A stretch of DNA of 64,000 nt, from contig OZ024740.1 of the NCBI GenBank assembly GCA_964016885.1, positions 401,884,001 through 401,948,000 on the forward strand. The letters are read 5' to 3'. Shown in pieces: positions 16,820 to 30,816 of this stretch (the stretch's first letter is position 1; every line of letters starts with the position of its first letter). A model generated the notes under the pieces. That model saw only the letters and a list, made by a program, of their open reading frames with translations, made no database searches and was not told the origin of the DNA. The stretch comes from Eledone cirrhosa. Lineage: Eukaryota. The translations under genes and the position numbers were made by a program.

Positions 16820-17516
16820 ACCCCAGAGAGAAAGTTATTTATTACTAATGAAGATCTCACTGAAAGTGAAAAAAAAAAGTATTCAAAACAAATGACGAAA
16901 CATCGGATCGACTCAATAACGGCAGTTTCTGGAATAAAGAAACTATTTTAATTATCACAATAAACTATAATATGTGAGTTATCAAAATATATTAGTGACA
17001 AATAACTTTCTGTCTGAAATGTGCTACTACTTAATTGTTGAGTTGTTACATGGGTATAATGTTTGCTATTTCGAGCATCATTACGAATGTGTCATAATGT
17101 CCCGATATACACACATTCATTTGGTAGTCAAATAACGCACATGCTTTTCAACGCATTATGATGTTTGATATAAACAAGGTCCGTATCCATCTATTGAATT
17201 TTGTTTAGATCCAAAGAATCTGCTTGACGAAGGAATTTATTCCAATATTGGTTGTCTCTATTTAGAAAATTAATATTAATTCTTAATTAAACTGTAGTTA
17301 CGGAGAGCATACGAGTGATTTTTTTCTCATATTAGTCTGCCTAACTTGTATTCCCCCAGCGGATGTTTTGGCATTAGATAAACTATGTTTTTATAACACA
17401 CACAGACATACAAACACACATATATATATATATATATATACATATGACATAACATACATTCACACACACACACCTATATATATGTGTGTGAATGTATATA
17501 CATACATATATATATA

Positions 17517-17583
<67 letters not shown>

Positions 17584-17612
17584 GTACATATATATGTATA
17601 TATATATATGTA

Positions 17613-17709
<97 letters not shown>

Positions 17710-18081
17710 ATCGGGTGGGACCGTTTATATTTATTTATATATAAATGTGGCTGTTCAGTGTCACTATTCTGATTTGTCCTTACTTAACTCACATCAGTTT
17801 ACAAAGAGAATTAGGATACGTGAATATCTAACATCTCTCATCTCTCTCTAAAACAAAATACTCTCACAGACCTTGGAATATCAACGCATTTCCTCAACAG
17901 TGTGTCCAAAAGTAATTTTCCACCTTTTGCAAAATTTGTCTCAAGGGCCATATTATTTACTGCAGCCACTCCTAATGAATTAATAAAGCCTAATGCATGT
18001 AAGGAGTAGTTTGAATATGTAATCTTTTGTTTATAGAATAAAACACTACCTACCTACATATCTGTCTAAGTACGTAAATAT

Positions 18082-18181
<100 letters not shown>

Positions 18182-18211
18182 GTATATATATACACACGTA
18201 TATATACATAT

Positions 18212-18246
<35 letters not shown>

Positions 18247-18960
18247 TATATATACATATAAACTACATTATATATATATATATAATGTAGTTTAACTTAT
18301 GCCAAACTTCCATTGTGGGAATAGAAGCAAGACAAACTGAAATTAAAAAGATTCACTCATGTTTTACAACTGCAGTGATTCTCCCACTCTCCATATTTCT
18401 CTCCTTCTGCCCGTATATCTATCTACATTATATCCACCTATCCATCTTTTTTCTCCCTCCCTTTCAGTTTCCAATACTACTCTAATTACCAACTTCCCTT
18501 CAATTTTCTCATTCTTTTGTGATTCGACATCTGACCTGGTCCGTCAACTTCCACACGTCTCTCGCCTATCGTTTCAGGGTGATTGCTGGAAGTAACTTGA
18601 ATTAATTTTATTAATGTTACTATTCCTATTATGGTAACCTACCAACATATGTGTATTGCTTTCGATTATAATAATTGTCCTGCTCAATATCGTTGGGGAG
18701 CTATTTCGTCTCATTTTTCCAAATATCACTTGTATTTTCATCCCAATAGTTACGATTAAATATTTTTGCTGGGCTTGTGGGGAAAATTACTCTTTTTTAA
18801 AAGCATCCTAAACTATAAAGATCGTGATAAGATAGCTGGTGAGCGGAATTTGTCTATATGTTGGTCCCTTCCGAGTTTATTTCTTTCCCTTGATTGTCAA
18901 ACATTTTTAATATGATGTTTTCATTATCCCGCACACAGACTAATTTTGAAAACAAAACTG

Positions 18961-19058
<98 letters not shown>

Positions 19059-19059
19059 A

Positions 19060-19340
19060 TCCTGGGTTCAATCGGGGGTAACCACAGTAAGTAAGGTACT
19101 CAATACAAAGCAGAGTATAAATATTTAATATAGAAAAGCTTCTAGAGGACTAGAACTGTTTCATTCGCGAGAAGTCATCAGCAAGCTGACTGTCCAAGTA
19201 AATATGGTGGTATTTATATATTTTTATATCTTGAGAAAAGATATAAAAAGATATAAATACCACCATATTTACTTGGACAGTCAGCTTCCTGATGATTTCT
19301 CAGGAAAGAAACAGTTATAGTCCTGTAGAAACTTTTCTCT
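19060..19340. mobile_element. Inverted pair of HHR-bearing short element; solo copy at 233-363
   Basis: 19130-19232 is the reverse complement of about 19238-19339. Confidence 0.8.
19283..19333 (+). ncRNA. Type I hammerhead ribozyme; inverted partner at 19137-19187 (-)
   Basis: AGCTTC CTGATGA TTTC tcag GAAA GAA ACAG ttatagtc CTGT A^ GAAACT; helix I covaries with the 315-363 copy (GATTC/GAATC versus GCTTC/GAAGC). Confidence 0.8.
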
Positions 19341-19407
19341 CTCTCTCTCACTCTCTCTCTCTCTATATATATATATACATACATTTAGATATACTTATAT
19401 ATATACT

Positions 19408-19443
<36 letters not shown>

Positions 19444-19565
19444 GGTATCGTACAGGTCCGTCATTGCGACAATGTGAATTATTGTGTCGAACAGCGCTCA
19501 ATTTGAAGAGCTAACAGATTAAAGTTTAAGCAAAAAATCGCTGCTTTCACCCTTAAAAGGATCTT

Positions 19566-19611
19566 CTGAAGATCTCGTTAAGGGTGAAAGCAGCGATTCT
19601 TTGCTTAAAAT
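19566..19611 (+). ncRNA. Hammerhead motif of repeat family A (other copies 1-45, 23558-23610, 63005-63040)
   Basis: Family consensus AGTTT CTGAAGA t CCC gttaa GGG t GAA AGCA gcgattctt TGCT T^ AAACT; each single copy is truncated or mutated. Confidence 0.6.
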
Positions 19612-19866
19612 TTAATGTTATTTTAATAAATATTTGCTCTAGGATTCTTGTATATTTGATATATATTTATCCTTATCGAGCCCTCTTTGGATTTTAGTCT
19701 TCACATTTATTATTATGACTATATATATATATATATATATATCACCTTGATCACCTTGACCGACCAGTCTGTCGGGCGCCAATCGGCGCCGCTGATCACA
19801 GCACGTCGTGCCGTTTTAGCCATAAGATAACGCCATTCCACTGGCTGGGCGGGCAGGCCGATATAT

Positions 19867-19898
<32 letters not shown>

Positions 19899-20038
19899 CA
19901 AGTAAGAATATTTTTCGAATCAGCGAGGGGGTTTGAAATTATTAGAAATGTAAGCTATCGCCGTATTTTGACTAAAGAAATTAAAGAAATTATTTAGCCT
20001 GATAGTGGGGTTAAGAACCCTCGGAGAAATGGAAAAAG

Positions 20039-20111
20039 ATGAGTATTGACGTACATGGGAGTCGAACACACATCTTTGGTTATCCGGACCACTGTGCTAC
20101 CATTTACACCA
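20039..20111 (-). mobile_element. tRNA-like SINE head or tRNA-derived repeat; related rearranged copy at 21570-21660
   Basis: Minus strand TGGTGTAAATGG (A box) and GTTCGACTCC (B box); no acceptor stem. Confidence 0.55.
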
Positions 20112-20332
20112 TATATATATATAAATTATAAAAATAAAAAAAATATATATATTTTTATTTTTGTAATATCTACCTAACGTTATTTCAACTACCATTTATT
20201 TATTTTATTTTTTGTATTTTTCATTCTTTAACGATATTTTCTTTGCTATTTCTCTTTTGTGTTATTCCAGATAAAAGGTAAATGCCTGATACGTTCATTG
20301 TGTAACTCTTACTCCAAGCTTCAAACTATTAT

Positions 20333-21132
20333 TCTTTATGTTATTGCACACTCTTGTTCTTATGTTCCGTGTTTCTATGTCCTTGACTTATGTATATATA
20401 TACATACATATATATATATATATATATATGTCCTTGACTTATGTATATATATAAAATGAGATAAATATTCCAACAGGTACTGAGTACCTACGGGAATATA
20501 TATGGTGTCTATAATAACTGTTGTTCAATGGTACTAATTTGAGATACCAGACCTATAAAAATGAGCGCAACAAGCAAACATTACACAATCTTTTAAATAA
20601 ATTAAAATACGATTTAAATATTTACCTGTTCTAATGCTGTTACCGACGGTTTCGCTTATCAAAAGATTGAAAATTCAGAGAATTTCCAATGGAAATATCA
20701 GCTCTTCAGACAGCTATTTCCATTTTATAGGGCATAAAGTCTCACAGTTTGTAAATATATCACTTTAACGGCCTGATCTCATACATCGGGCAGGGGGCGA
20801 TATATTTACAAACTGTGAGGCTTTATGCCCTATAGAATGGAAATAGCTGTCTGAAGAGCTGATATTTCCATTGGAAATTCTCTGAATTTCCAATCTTTTG
20901 ATAAGCGAAACCGTCGGTAACAGCATTAGAACAGGTAAATATTTAAATCGTATTTTAATTTATTTAAAAGATTGTTTAATGTTTGCTTGTTGCGCTCATT
21001 TTTATAGGTCTGGTATCTCAAATTAGTACCATTGAACAACAATTATTATAGACACCATATATATTCCCGTAGGTACTCAGTACCTGTTGGAATATTTATC
21101 TCATTTTATATATATACATAAGTCAAGGACAC

Positions 21133-21171
<39 letters not shown>

Positions 21172-21173
21172 CA

Positions 21174-21271
<98 letters not shown>

Positions 21272-21423
21272 AGTCAAGGACATAGAAACACGGAACATAA
21301 GAACAAGAGCGTGCAATAACATAAAGATAAGCGAAACAGTCGGTAACAGCATTAGAACAGGTGAATATTTAAATCGTATTTTAATTTATTTAAAATATTG
21401 TTTAATGTTCGCTTGTTCCGCTC

Positions 21424-21428
<5 letters not shown>
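20333..21428. mobile_element. ~1-kb palindrome of an HHR-bearing element plus a third partial arm (21326-21428)
   Basis: 20333-20765 versus 20797-21327 are near-perfect reverse complements, including internal (TA)n expansions. Confidence 0.9.
20846..20924 (+). ncRNA. Type I hammerhead ribozyme with long stem II; inverted partner at 20636-20714 (-)
   Basis: GCTGT CTGAAGA GCT..(49-nt domain)..AGC GAA ACCG t CGGT A^ ACAGC; canonical core in both arms. Confidence 0.85.
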
Positions 21429-21497
<69 letters not shown>

Positions 21498-21681
21498 AGG
21501 GAGACCAAGCAGGGTTTGTTGAGAAACGGCTAGTGAATTTAAAATTTGGTAGTAACATGTGCTTACGGGATGAGTATTGACGTACATGGGACAGGAACTC
21601 ACATCTTGGGTTTGCCGGACCAAAGATGTGGGCTCATCTTTTTTTTCCATTCAGAGGATTTTAAAAAACTCTATAAATCTA

Positions 21682-21722
<41 letters not shown>

Positions 21723-22097
21723 CTGTGCTTGTGCAAATAAGCGTGTGAGTTTGAGTACATAGGTTCTGTATATAATTGTCATATATATCTTTGTATTTAA
21801 ATATCCAAATTATTGGAATGCGTAATACAAAACTTGGTGGCATGCAAACCAATAAACAAAGTTATGACCCGTTATATCATAGAAAATGTAAGGGGAGATA
21901 ACATGAGGCAACATGTAAAACATATTAAGACACCACAGCAAACATTTACATCCACACAACTTTACATACACACACAGTTATGGGCATAGGCCGCTTCAAA
22001 TTATACCAGGTATTGCATACTTAAAGGGAACCTATGAGAGTGTTCAATAAATTACATATTTTATATTTATATTATGAATAGTATGTTAAATGTACGT

Positions 22098-22192
<95 letters not shown>

Positions 22193-22514
22193 TCGGTACA
22201 ATTATCCGTGCTGGTTGACCTAATCCATCAACTAACTTAGATGTAATCAAGCCTAAACTCTCCACGTCATAGATATATAGATATAAACGAATTACGTATA
22301 CGGCATCTGACGGTGTATTAAGTAAGAGGCGGTTTTACATTTTACATCATACGTTTATTGTTTTATATATCACCCGTTAAGCTGTAACCCGGATTCTATT
22401 CAACTGCGGCCATATCAAATACCAAAAACAAAAGTAGTGTTTACAATCTCAGCATTTGAATCAGGTCATTACATAATGTGATTTTAATACATTTCATATT
22501 TGCATAGTCGATGA

Positions 22515-22577
<63 letters not shown>

Positions 22578-22736
22578 ATATATATGTACGCATATACATA
22601 CATACACACACACAGTATATATATATATTTGAGGACTGAGAGAAATGAGTACTGAATATCGAATAAGCGTTTAACAATTCATTTTCTTAAGGCTAAAGAG
22701 TAAGTCATGCTGGTTTACCTTTATATCGGTATATGT

Positions 22737-22922
<186 letters not shown>

Positions 22923-23051
22923 ATATATGTATATATGTATATATATATATATAGCGGTGGAACACTGGAAGGTAATATCCGTAGTGGTAGAGCACTCAAT
23001 CCATGGGACGAGTTAGGTAGAAGTGGTTACACAACAGTTAGTTCACCATAC

Positions 23052-23089
23052 CGTGAACAATTGTTTCACCTTAGCGGATCCTCAGCTCG
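23052..23089 (-). ncRNA. Minimal type I hammerhead, family F (copies 22955-23105, 25148-25298, 44868-44990, 62783-62905)
   Basis: CGAG CTGAGGA t CC gcta a GG t GAA ACA at TGT T^ C(A/T)CG; palindromic ACAATTGT stem-loop III. Confidence 0.7.
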
Positions 23090-23108
23090 TAATGGACATG
23101 GTTAACCA

Positions 23109-23149
<41 letters not shown>

Positions 23150-23182
23150 AGATCAAAAGATGGTTATAGGAGTTCCATATAT

Positions 23183-23247
23183 TTTATTATGCGCATTTCA
23201 AAAACAAACATCATCATGCAATAATATTTGTGTTTTCATCAGATAAA
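23183..23247 (-). ncRNA. Minimal type I hammerhead ribozyme
   Basis: TTTAT CTGATGA AAACA...TGTTT tt GAA ATGCGCAT A^ ATAAA; palindromic stem-loop III; host element has inverted ends 23141-23165 / 23305-23329. Confidence 0.75.
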
Positions 23248-23440
23248 ACAGGAGGACATGATATGAAGGCTAAAAAACACTTGTAGATAGTGCAGTTTTG
23301 AATCAACATCTTTTGATCTTATATATTATGTATACTCCAGTCCTACAAACTGTAGAGTGCTTCTTATCCAATATCTGCATTGCTTTATTGCACTACAATA
23401 AAACGCACCTCCTACATATATAAACACATATATATATATA

Positions 23441-23496
<56 letters not shown>

Positions 23497-23502
<6 letters not shown>

Positions 23503-23730
23503 TAACAGATTAAAGTTTAAGCAAAGAATCGCTGCTTTCACTCGTAACGGTATCTTGAGTTTCAGAAGATCCCGTTAAGGGTGTGGGCAGCGCTTCTTTG
23601 CTTAAAATTTAATCTTTTATTGTAATAAATATTTGCTCTAGGGTTCTTATATATTTGATATAAATTTATCCTTATCGAGCCCTCTTTGGATTTTAGATTT
23701 TAGTCTTCATATTTATTATTATTACTATAT
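23497..23730. mobile_element. Family A inverted pair (also 19513-19720, 62946-63150, 1-62)
   Basis: Short left arm (ttaaaataacagattaaagtttaagcaaagaatcgctgctttca..) inverted against a longer right arm in each copy. Confidence 0.85.
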
Positions 23731-23774
23731 TAACCGAATTCCACAAAACAAAACCAACTAATACCCGCCACCAA

Positions 23775-23806
<32 letters not shown>

Positions 23807-24128
23807 TCCTGTTTTGTCGTTTGCAGTTTACACAAACAACTATCCATTAGCCACTTTGGCAGTGCTGCTGGATGTTATATTTAAAAGCAGCTTACCTATG
23901 TTAACTCAGTGCAATGTTGTTGTAACAGGGTTTTTCGATGTATAGTATTTTCGAGCAATTTACACTGAATATAACTTCGCAGATGTAAATATCACTGAGA
24001 GCAGAGTTTATTACAGTAGATGTTGAATTGTTTCAAGTTGATATTTATTCGGCTAATTTGTTCTTTCGTAAACAATTCTACCGCTTCTGTCTTAACTTCA
24101 TCAGCCTCTCATTAATATATAGATATAG

Positions 24129-24174
<46 letters not shown>

Positions 24175-24193
24175 CATATAAATATATATATTC

Positions 24194-24303
<110 letters not shown>

Positions 24304-24353
24304 TTATATATATATATATATATATACATTTATATATATATATATATATATAC

Positions 24354-24391
<38 letters not shown>

Positions 24392-24415
24392 TTATATATA
24401 TATATATATATATAC

Positions 24416-24464
<49 letters not shown>

Positions 24465-24558
24465 CATACAATATGTATGGAAACCCACCCACTCACTCAT
24501 ATATGTATATACCTACATATACATACGCAGAAACACACACGCACACTCATACCACGAT

Positions 24559-24758
<200 letters not shown>

Positions 24759-25406
24759 GCCTAAACCACAGACACACACACGCGCGCACACAATCACCCC
24801 CTCCCCACGCGCGCATACACCCCCACATAGAGACAAGGGCCTTGTTTTAGGGGAGTAGCAGGGGACAAGTCTCCCCCACTTTTTCAAACGTCTATGTTTT
24901 ATTTTTCGCTTATTTAATATAATAAATTCTTTTTAAGCTTATTTTTTTTATATCTGAACTTCATTTTATTATATAAAATTTAATTAGCGTAAATTTTTAC
25001 TTGTCTGATAGGGTCCGGGAAAGGCACCATAAGCAATACTAACAAGCTCCTTTAAGAATCAACACATGTTGGTTTTCCCCCTCACATTCTTAAGACCAAT
25101 GAGCCCCCTGCACACAGATATACATTCATATATATATAGAGAGAGAGGTAGAACACTGGAAGGTAATATCTGTAGTGGTAGAGCACTCAGTCCATGGGAC
25201 GAGTTAGGTAGAAGTGGTAACACAACAGTTAGTTCACCATACCGAGGTGAAACAATTGTTCTCGGTATGATGAACTAACTGTTGTCTTACTACTTCTATA
25301 TATATATATATATATTTACATATATCATTAATATTAATAAATGGAAACTATCTTTATAAAACAATATTTATTTTATTATATATATTTCATTGCTTATATT
25401 TACTAT

Positions 25407-25464
<58 letters not shown>

Positions 25465-25702
25465 ATATATATATATGTATATATGCAGATAGATGGTGCA
25501 GTGAACCTTACTGCTGCATTAATGCGGCAAAAACTCGAGTCCGTGAACCTTATAGGCACCCGTTTTACGTGTGTTGTGTTGAAGCAAATAACTTTGTGTA
25601 TACTCTGGGAATGTATCTTACATTGCCAATGGAGTGCGCTGAGATACAACCGGTACTGGCATTGATAAATATGGTGGGTCCGTCAACCCTTATTATTATA
25701 TT

Positions 25703-25758
<56 letters not shown>

Positions 25759-26740
25759 GGACAAAATTGTGTACGACCGGGTAGTAACATGAGAAGCCCC
25801 ACATTTTAAATATAAGAATAATATCTAGCTGTATCCAGCCTGTTATTAGCCTAGTTTTCAAAGACAACCCAGTGCAGCACCATGCATTTTTAACATTCAT
25901 CTTTCGCCAATGAAAAATGACTTGTGTTTTGTTATTTGATCAATCCCTTTGATTTTGCTTTTATTTTCCGCGACATTTCACAAATTTCGGGGAGAAAATG
26001 ATTCGGTAAATATCAATAGTGGGATAGATGATATAATGCATACACTTTAATTACATAAATGTGTTCGTGTATATGTGTGGGCGTGTGTACGTTTTTGCGT
26101 TTGTGTGTGTGCTGGTGTATGTGTGGGTAGGTTTCTGTTAGTGAAAGTCTGCAACGAAATATTTGATAAGGGGATGCAGACCTTGTCATAAATACATACA
26201 CACTACCTACATACATTTACAAACGTATATGGATTTTGAAAACTTTGCCGTCTTATTTAAAAGTAATAAGTTATAACAAAGTTCTTTCGATTTTACAATG
26301 AGGGGGTTGCTCTGCTTTCATAATTTTATCAGAATTGCAAAAACGACGCCCACGATCGATTGAGTAAAGAACTTCCTATTGCTGATTTCATAAGAGATGT
26401 TTTTACCCTTCTGCACGAAGATATTACGCGAATACATTGAACAGAATGGGTTCCCCAAGATGTATCTAACAATCAGGTCGTAGTTTTAACGATGTTCTCG
26501 AATAAGCGTAAATAATAACGACACCTATGAGGGAAATCCAATGTTTCCGTCAACGAAAGTTTACTACTAACAATTTACCCAATGCAGACCGAAATGTTAT
26601 TGAACCTAAAACGGCTATTGTTATGAAGCGAACATCTTAACATCACAGACATACCTGTGTCCATATTGTAAATGCATTCTTATGAAGAAAAAATATGTTT
26701 ATAATTATTTCTCGCAGCGAGATAATAGATTGACATCTGA

Positions 26741-26821
<81 letters not shown>

Positions 26822-27364
26822 TATATATATCCGTATATGGTTGACTGCTAGGAGAAAATAGTAATCAATACCAAAGTAGAATTTTAATATTTATTTTATT
26901 ATGGCAAAATAGTAATTCTTGTTACACTGGAGATTCATTTGTTTATTATTCATCTACCATTCTTTTGCTACATACCCACATAAACCTAAACTCAAGTCCC
27001 ACAGCTATTTAAATCCTTCCATTTTACCTACTACCTCTGCCAGTAATACGGCATACACACCATCATATAGGGTAGCATATTCCTCAATATATATGGCCAT
27101 CTCAAAGTTCCCGATGACCCCTTTCTCACTTAAACAATTTCATTCTTCCCACTTCGGCTAACTTATAACGTCATTCTCGTTTCTTTCCAGAGGAAGGGCT
27201 AATATTTTTAAAGACACTACTTTTTGTTTTTCTTAATCCATACAAGAGGGGTTAACCTAATACTACCTTTTGAAGTAGTTCTTCATTTTTCATATCTGAT
27301 CTTGCAAAGTATACATACATATACATGTATAAATATATAAATACATATATATATATAGTAGTAC

Positions 27365-27435
<71 letters not shown>

Positions 27436-27547
27436 ATAGTAGTAGTAGTAATAGTAGTAAGGGCAGTTAAAGGAGCGTATGAGAGAGTAATAGATAGATA
27501 CCTATATATATATAAGGTATATATATAACGAAAAACTGTTGTCATAT

Positions 27548-28520
27548 TTACAAAAATGATACGCGATGGGGACCACCCACAGCCCCGGCGGACAGAATGG
27601 AGAAGGCATTTCCCCAGAGGACGGCAAGGGAGACGCGCTGGAAAATCCACTCCAACTCGCGGGGCTCACACCTGCAGCTGGCCAGCTCAGCGCCTATGGT
27701 GGTGAGTAAGGAGGTAGCCCTGTGGCCGAGGACACCAGAAGTCTCCACTGCCAGGGGTACGACCGCAAACTTGTTGGAGAGCGACCGGTATTTGAGGAGT
27801 TTGGCCTCCTCAACCCGACGTGCAGCAGAACCTGGGTCAGTCGCAGACTGCACCATGTTGCGGCTGCAGAAAGTGTCGGTGCAAGTTGCATCCCAGACGA
27901 GGGGTTTGCCACCGCAGAACGGGAAGATGGTCATGCCATCTGGCCTTTTGCCGTCCCCTCGATCCGGCCCCACAGGGGGAGAAGGAGGAGGGACGTCTAC
28001 TGGGCTAAGTCCCAGCCGGTCCCACGTCTCACAGGCGGCCTCACGTTCTCTGAACACCGAGGGTTCTGTTGTGTTTTGAAGAACCCTGCTGACGAGGACG
28101 CGGCACGAGGTTACCGACGAAAGATATGCCCGCAAAGCTAGAGAGATCGGGGACCTCAGGCCAAGGCCGCTATACCTGACAGATAAAGTGGCCTGTTGCC
28201 ATCCTATGTCGTCAAACTTGACGTTGCTCGGATACAAGTATCGAGGTCAGCGAGTAGAGATGCCTGGGTGTAGCACGTAGCGCTGCGAATGGTATAGAGG
28301 ACATTCGGCATGGCGAAGCAGTTCCTCAGCAGAAAGAGAGCTGGGTGGCCGTCAATCAAGCCCAGTCGGTTGGTGAGAGTCTGGAGTTGTTGAAGCCTGG
28401 ACCTGATGGTGGAGCGGATGGCCGGCGGGTGGATCGGTAACCCGAGGATGAGGACATCCTCTTTGGGGGTCACCTGAACCTGGTGGAAAATGGACCGCAC
28501 GTTCAAGACAGACGCTGAAT
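27548..28520 (-). mobile_element. CRE-clade non-LTR retrotransposon 3' fragment with restriction-like endonuclease
   Basis: ALFLLRNCFAMPNVLYTIRS; WQQATLSVRYSGLGLR; GKRPDG..LVWDATCTDT..EEAKLLKY..VPLAVETSGVLG..FQRVSLAVLWGNA (PD..D RLE domain); frameshift and internal deletion; GC-rich island. Confidence 0.88.
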
Positions 28521-28557
28521 ATAAAATAATTTGATTTCTCGCTCTAGCACAGCTCAT

Positions 28558-28638
<81 letters not shown>

Positions 28639-28669
28639 ACACGCACACACACACACACACATACACACG

Positions 28670-28755
<86 letters not shown>

Positions 28756-28914
28756 TATATATATATTCACACATACATATACATATGTACGTATGAGTTA
28801 TATCGAAAATTGATAATAATGTTCGATTCATTTGTAAACAAACGAGCCCGATTAGAATCTGTGCCGTGCTAGTGACTGGTCGTCACTTGTTTGTTCAACA
28901 CTGCCGTTGAGGAA

Positions 28915-28955
28915 CAATCAACATGTTTCTGTGTCATTATTCTTCATCAGGACTG
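28915..28955 (-). ncRNA. Hammerhead motif with decayed stem II, related to the 29809 element
   Basis: CAGTC CTGATGA agaataatgacaca GAA ACATGT T^ GATTG; downstream sequence homologous to that after 29851. Confidence 0.6.
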
Positions 28956-29334
28956 TATATATCTCGGTCAATGTGTTGTCCGATTGAAAATATATAGTAT
29001 TTTCTGAAGTATTCATCGGCTGAATAGACTCATTTACATACCGAGCAGTTGCGGCTCACTACATAAAAGTAAGTATGCCCACGTGTGTGTGTGTGTGTGT
29101 GTGTGTGTATACACACACACCCACACATATATGTGTGTACGTGTGATTACTTATATATATATATATACTACTTGTTTATTGATGAGTTTCTGTAGATAGA
29201 TTTCATGAGTGCTATTTCTAGTTTCATTACGAACCTATCATATTGTCCTTGATACACAGATATTCATTTACTCGTCCACTGGATGAAGCTGTTTCCTTAA
29301 GAATAAGATCCGTATACAAACTGATAAATACTAT

Positions 29335-29470
29335 TTTCTGCGGCGGATTGGACGTATAGGTAGAGGGTCGGACACGATGCTTTGCAGCCCTTTATGGTCT
29401 GAGTTCAAATCCCGTCGAGGTTAACTTTAATTTACGGGGCGATAAAATAAAGCACCAGTAATACACCTTG
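29335..29470 (+). mobile_element. Nin-domain tRNA SINE
   Basis: Same family as 32217: tctgagttcaaatcccgtcgaggttaacttt..gggcgataaaataaagcaccag; a further head remnant lies at 39415-39475. Confidence 0.7.
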
Positions 29471-29808
29471 ATGTTTGTTTGTTTACAAACAAACAAACCG
29501 AGCATTATAATAAATGTTCGGTAAACTGATACGTGCATAAATATATGTGTGCATGTATGTATATATATACATACTACTGTACGTCTGTATACATATATGT
29601 ATGTAATATACATACATACATACTTATATTTAAGTAACTGCCGTACTAAGAGTGAGAAATGAAATTTCGTTTCATTCTATTCCATTTATCGTTTTCGGTG
29701 CGCCCGGCCGACTAAACTCACTCGATATGCAAATTAGGCTGCTCAGCCGTTAATATGCATAAAGAAAGTATATACTTTCAGATGTTCAACCATCTGGCAG
29801 GAAGGTAT

Positions 29809-29851
29809 ACGATGCTTACGATAGCTAATAAGCTTGAAACTAGTACATCGT
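29809..29851 (+). ncRNA. Minimal type I hammerhead (G5 mutated) between direct repeats 29477-29688 and 29921-30153
   Basis: ACGATG CTTACGA t AGCT aata AGCT t GAA ACTAGT A^ CATCGT. Confidence 0.7.
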
Positions 29852-30148
29852 TCCTGTGTCAGTGTTGAACAAAAACGTGACGTGGTTGCCTAAACACTGT
29901 ACGGCGTAATTCGGGGTGTTGTTTGTTTACAAACAAACCGAGCATTATAATAAATGTTCGGTAAACCGATACGTGCATAAATATATGTGTGCATGTACGT
30001 ATATATATACATACTACTGTACACATATATGCATGTACGTATACATACATACTTACATTTAAATAAGTGCCGTACTAAGAGTAAGAAATGAAATTATATA
30101 TATATATATAGAGAGAGTGAGAAATGAAATTTCGTTTCATTCTATTCC

Positions 30149-30208
<60 letters not shown>

Positions 30209-30286
30209 AATAGAATGAAACGAAATTTCATTTCTCACTCTCTCTCTCTATATATATATATAAATAAATATATATATATTCTATTT

Positions 30287-30521
30287 CTAGAGCGGGTAAA
30301 TTTCCCGAGATCCATGGACGAGTTCTCTCCAGCGTTCTCTGTCCCTCATTATCACTGCCATGTCTTGTGTCTCCAACAGACCAGTGTCTGTCCTTGGGGC
30401 ATCAACATATGTTAACCATGGTCTTCCTCTACCAGTGTGTCCATGCAGGGGCTCCACAGGAGCACTGAGTGCAATGTCAACGCTGGATGTCGGTGAGCAT
30501 GTCCAGCTAACCTCAGTCTCC
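30287..30521 (-). mobile_element. RTE-clade LINE 3' end; second copy at 38937-39086
   Basis: Minus translation RLRLAGHAHRHP..VLLW, then frameshifted GRGRPWLTYVDA..DTGL..MRDRERWRELV; two similar copies in the window. Confidence 0.7.
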
Positions 30522-30538
30522 TATATATGCATATATAA

Positions 30539-30629
<91 letters not shown>

Positions 30630-30745
30630 TGTATGTATGTATGTATGTATGTATGTGTGTACGTGTGTGTGTGTGCGTGCGTGCGTGTGTGTGTATATAC
30701 AGTTAGAGAAGGATTAAGAGAGAAGAGAAAGATGGACATACAGAC

Positions 30746-30816
<71 letters not shown>

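Noticed and set aside
20039-20111. Functional tRNA gene (also the SINE heads at 2520-2592 and 31263-31335)
   Set aside because: A/B boxes are present but there is no complete cloverleaf or acceptor stem; repeat context indicates tRNA-derived elements.
24830-25110. Possible MITE with CAGGG-like ends
   Set aside because: TIRs too degenerate and no TSD identified.
25495-25560. GCTGC/GCGGC hairpin followed by AAAAACTCGAGTC, resembling a hammerhead 3' half
   Set aside because: No CUGANGA and no helix I found.
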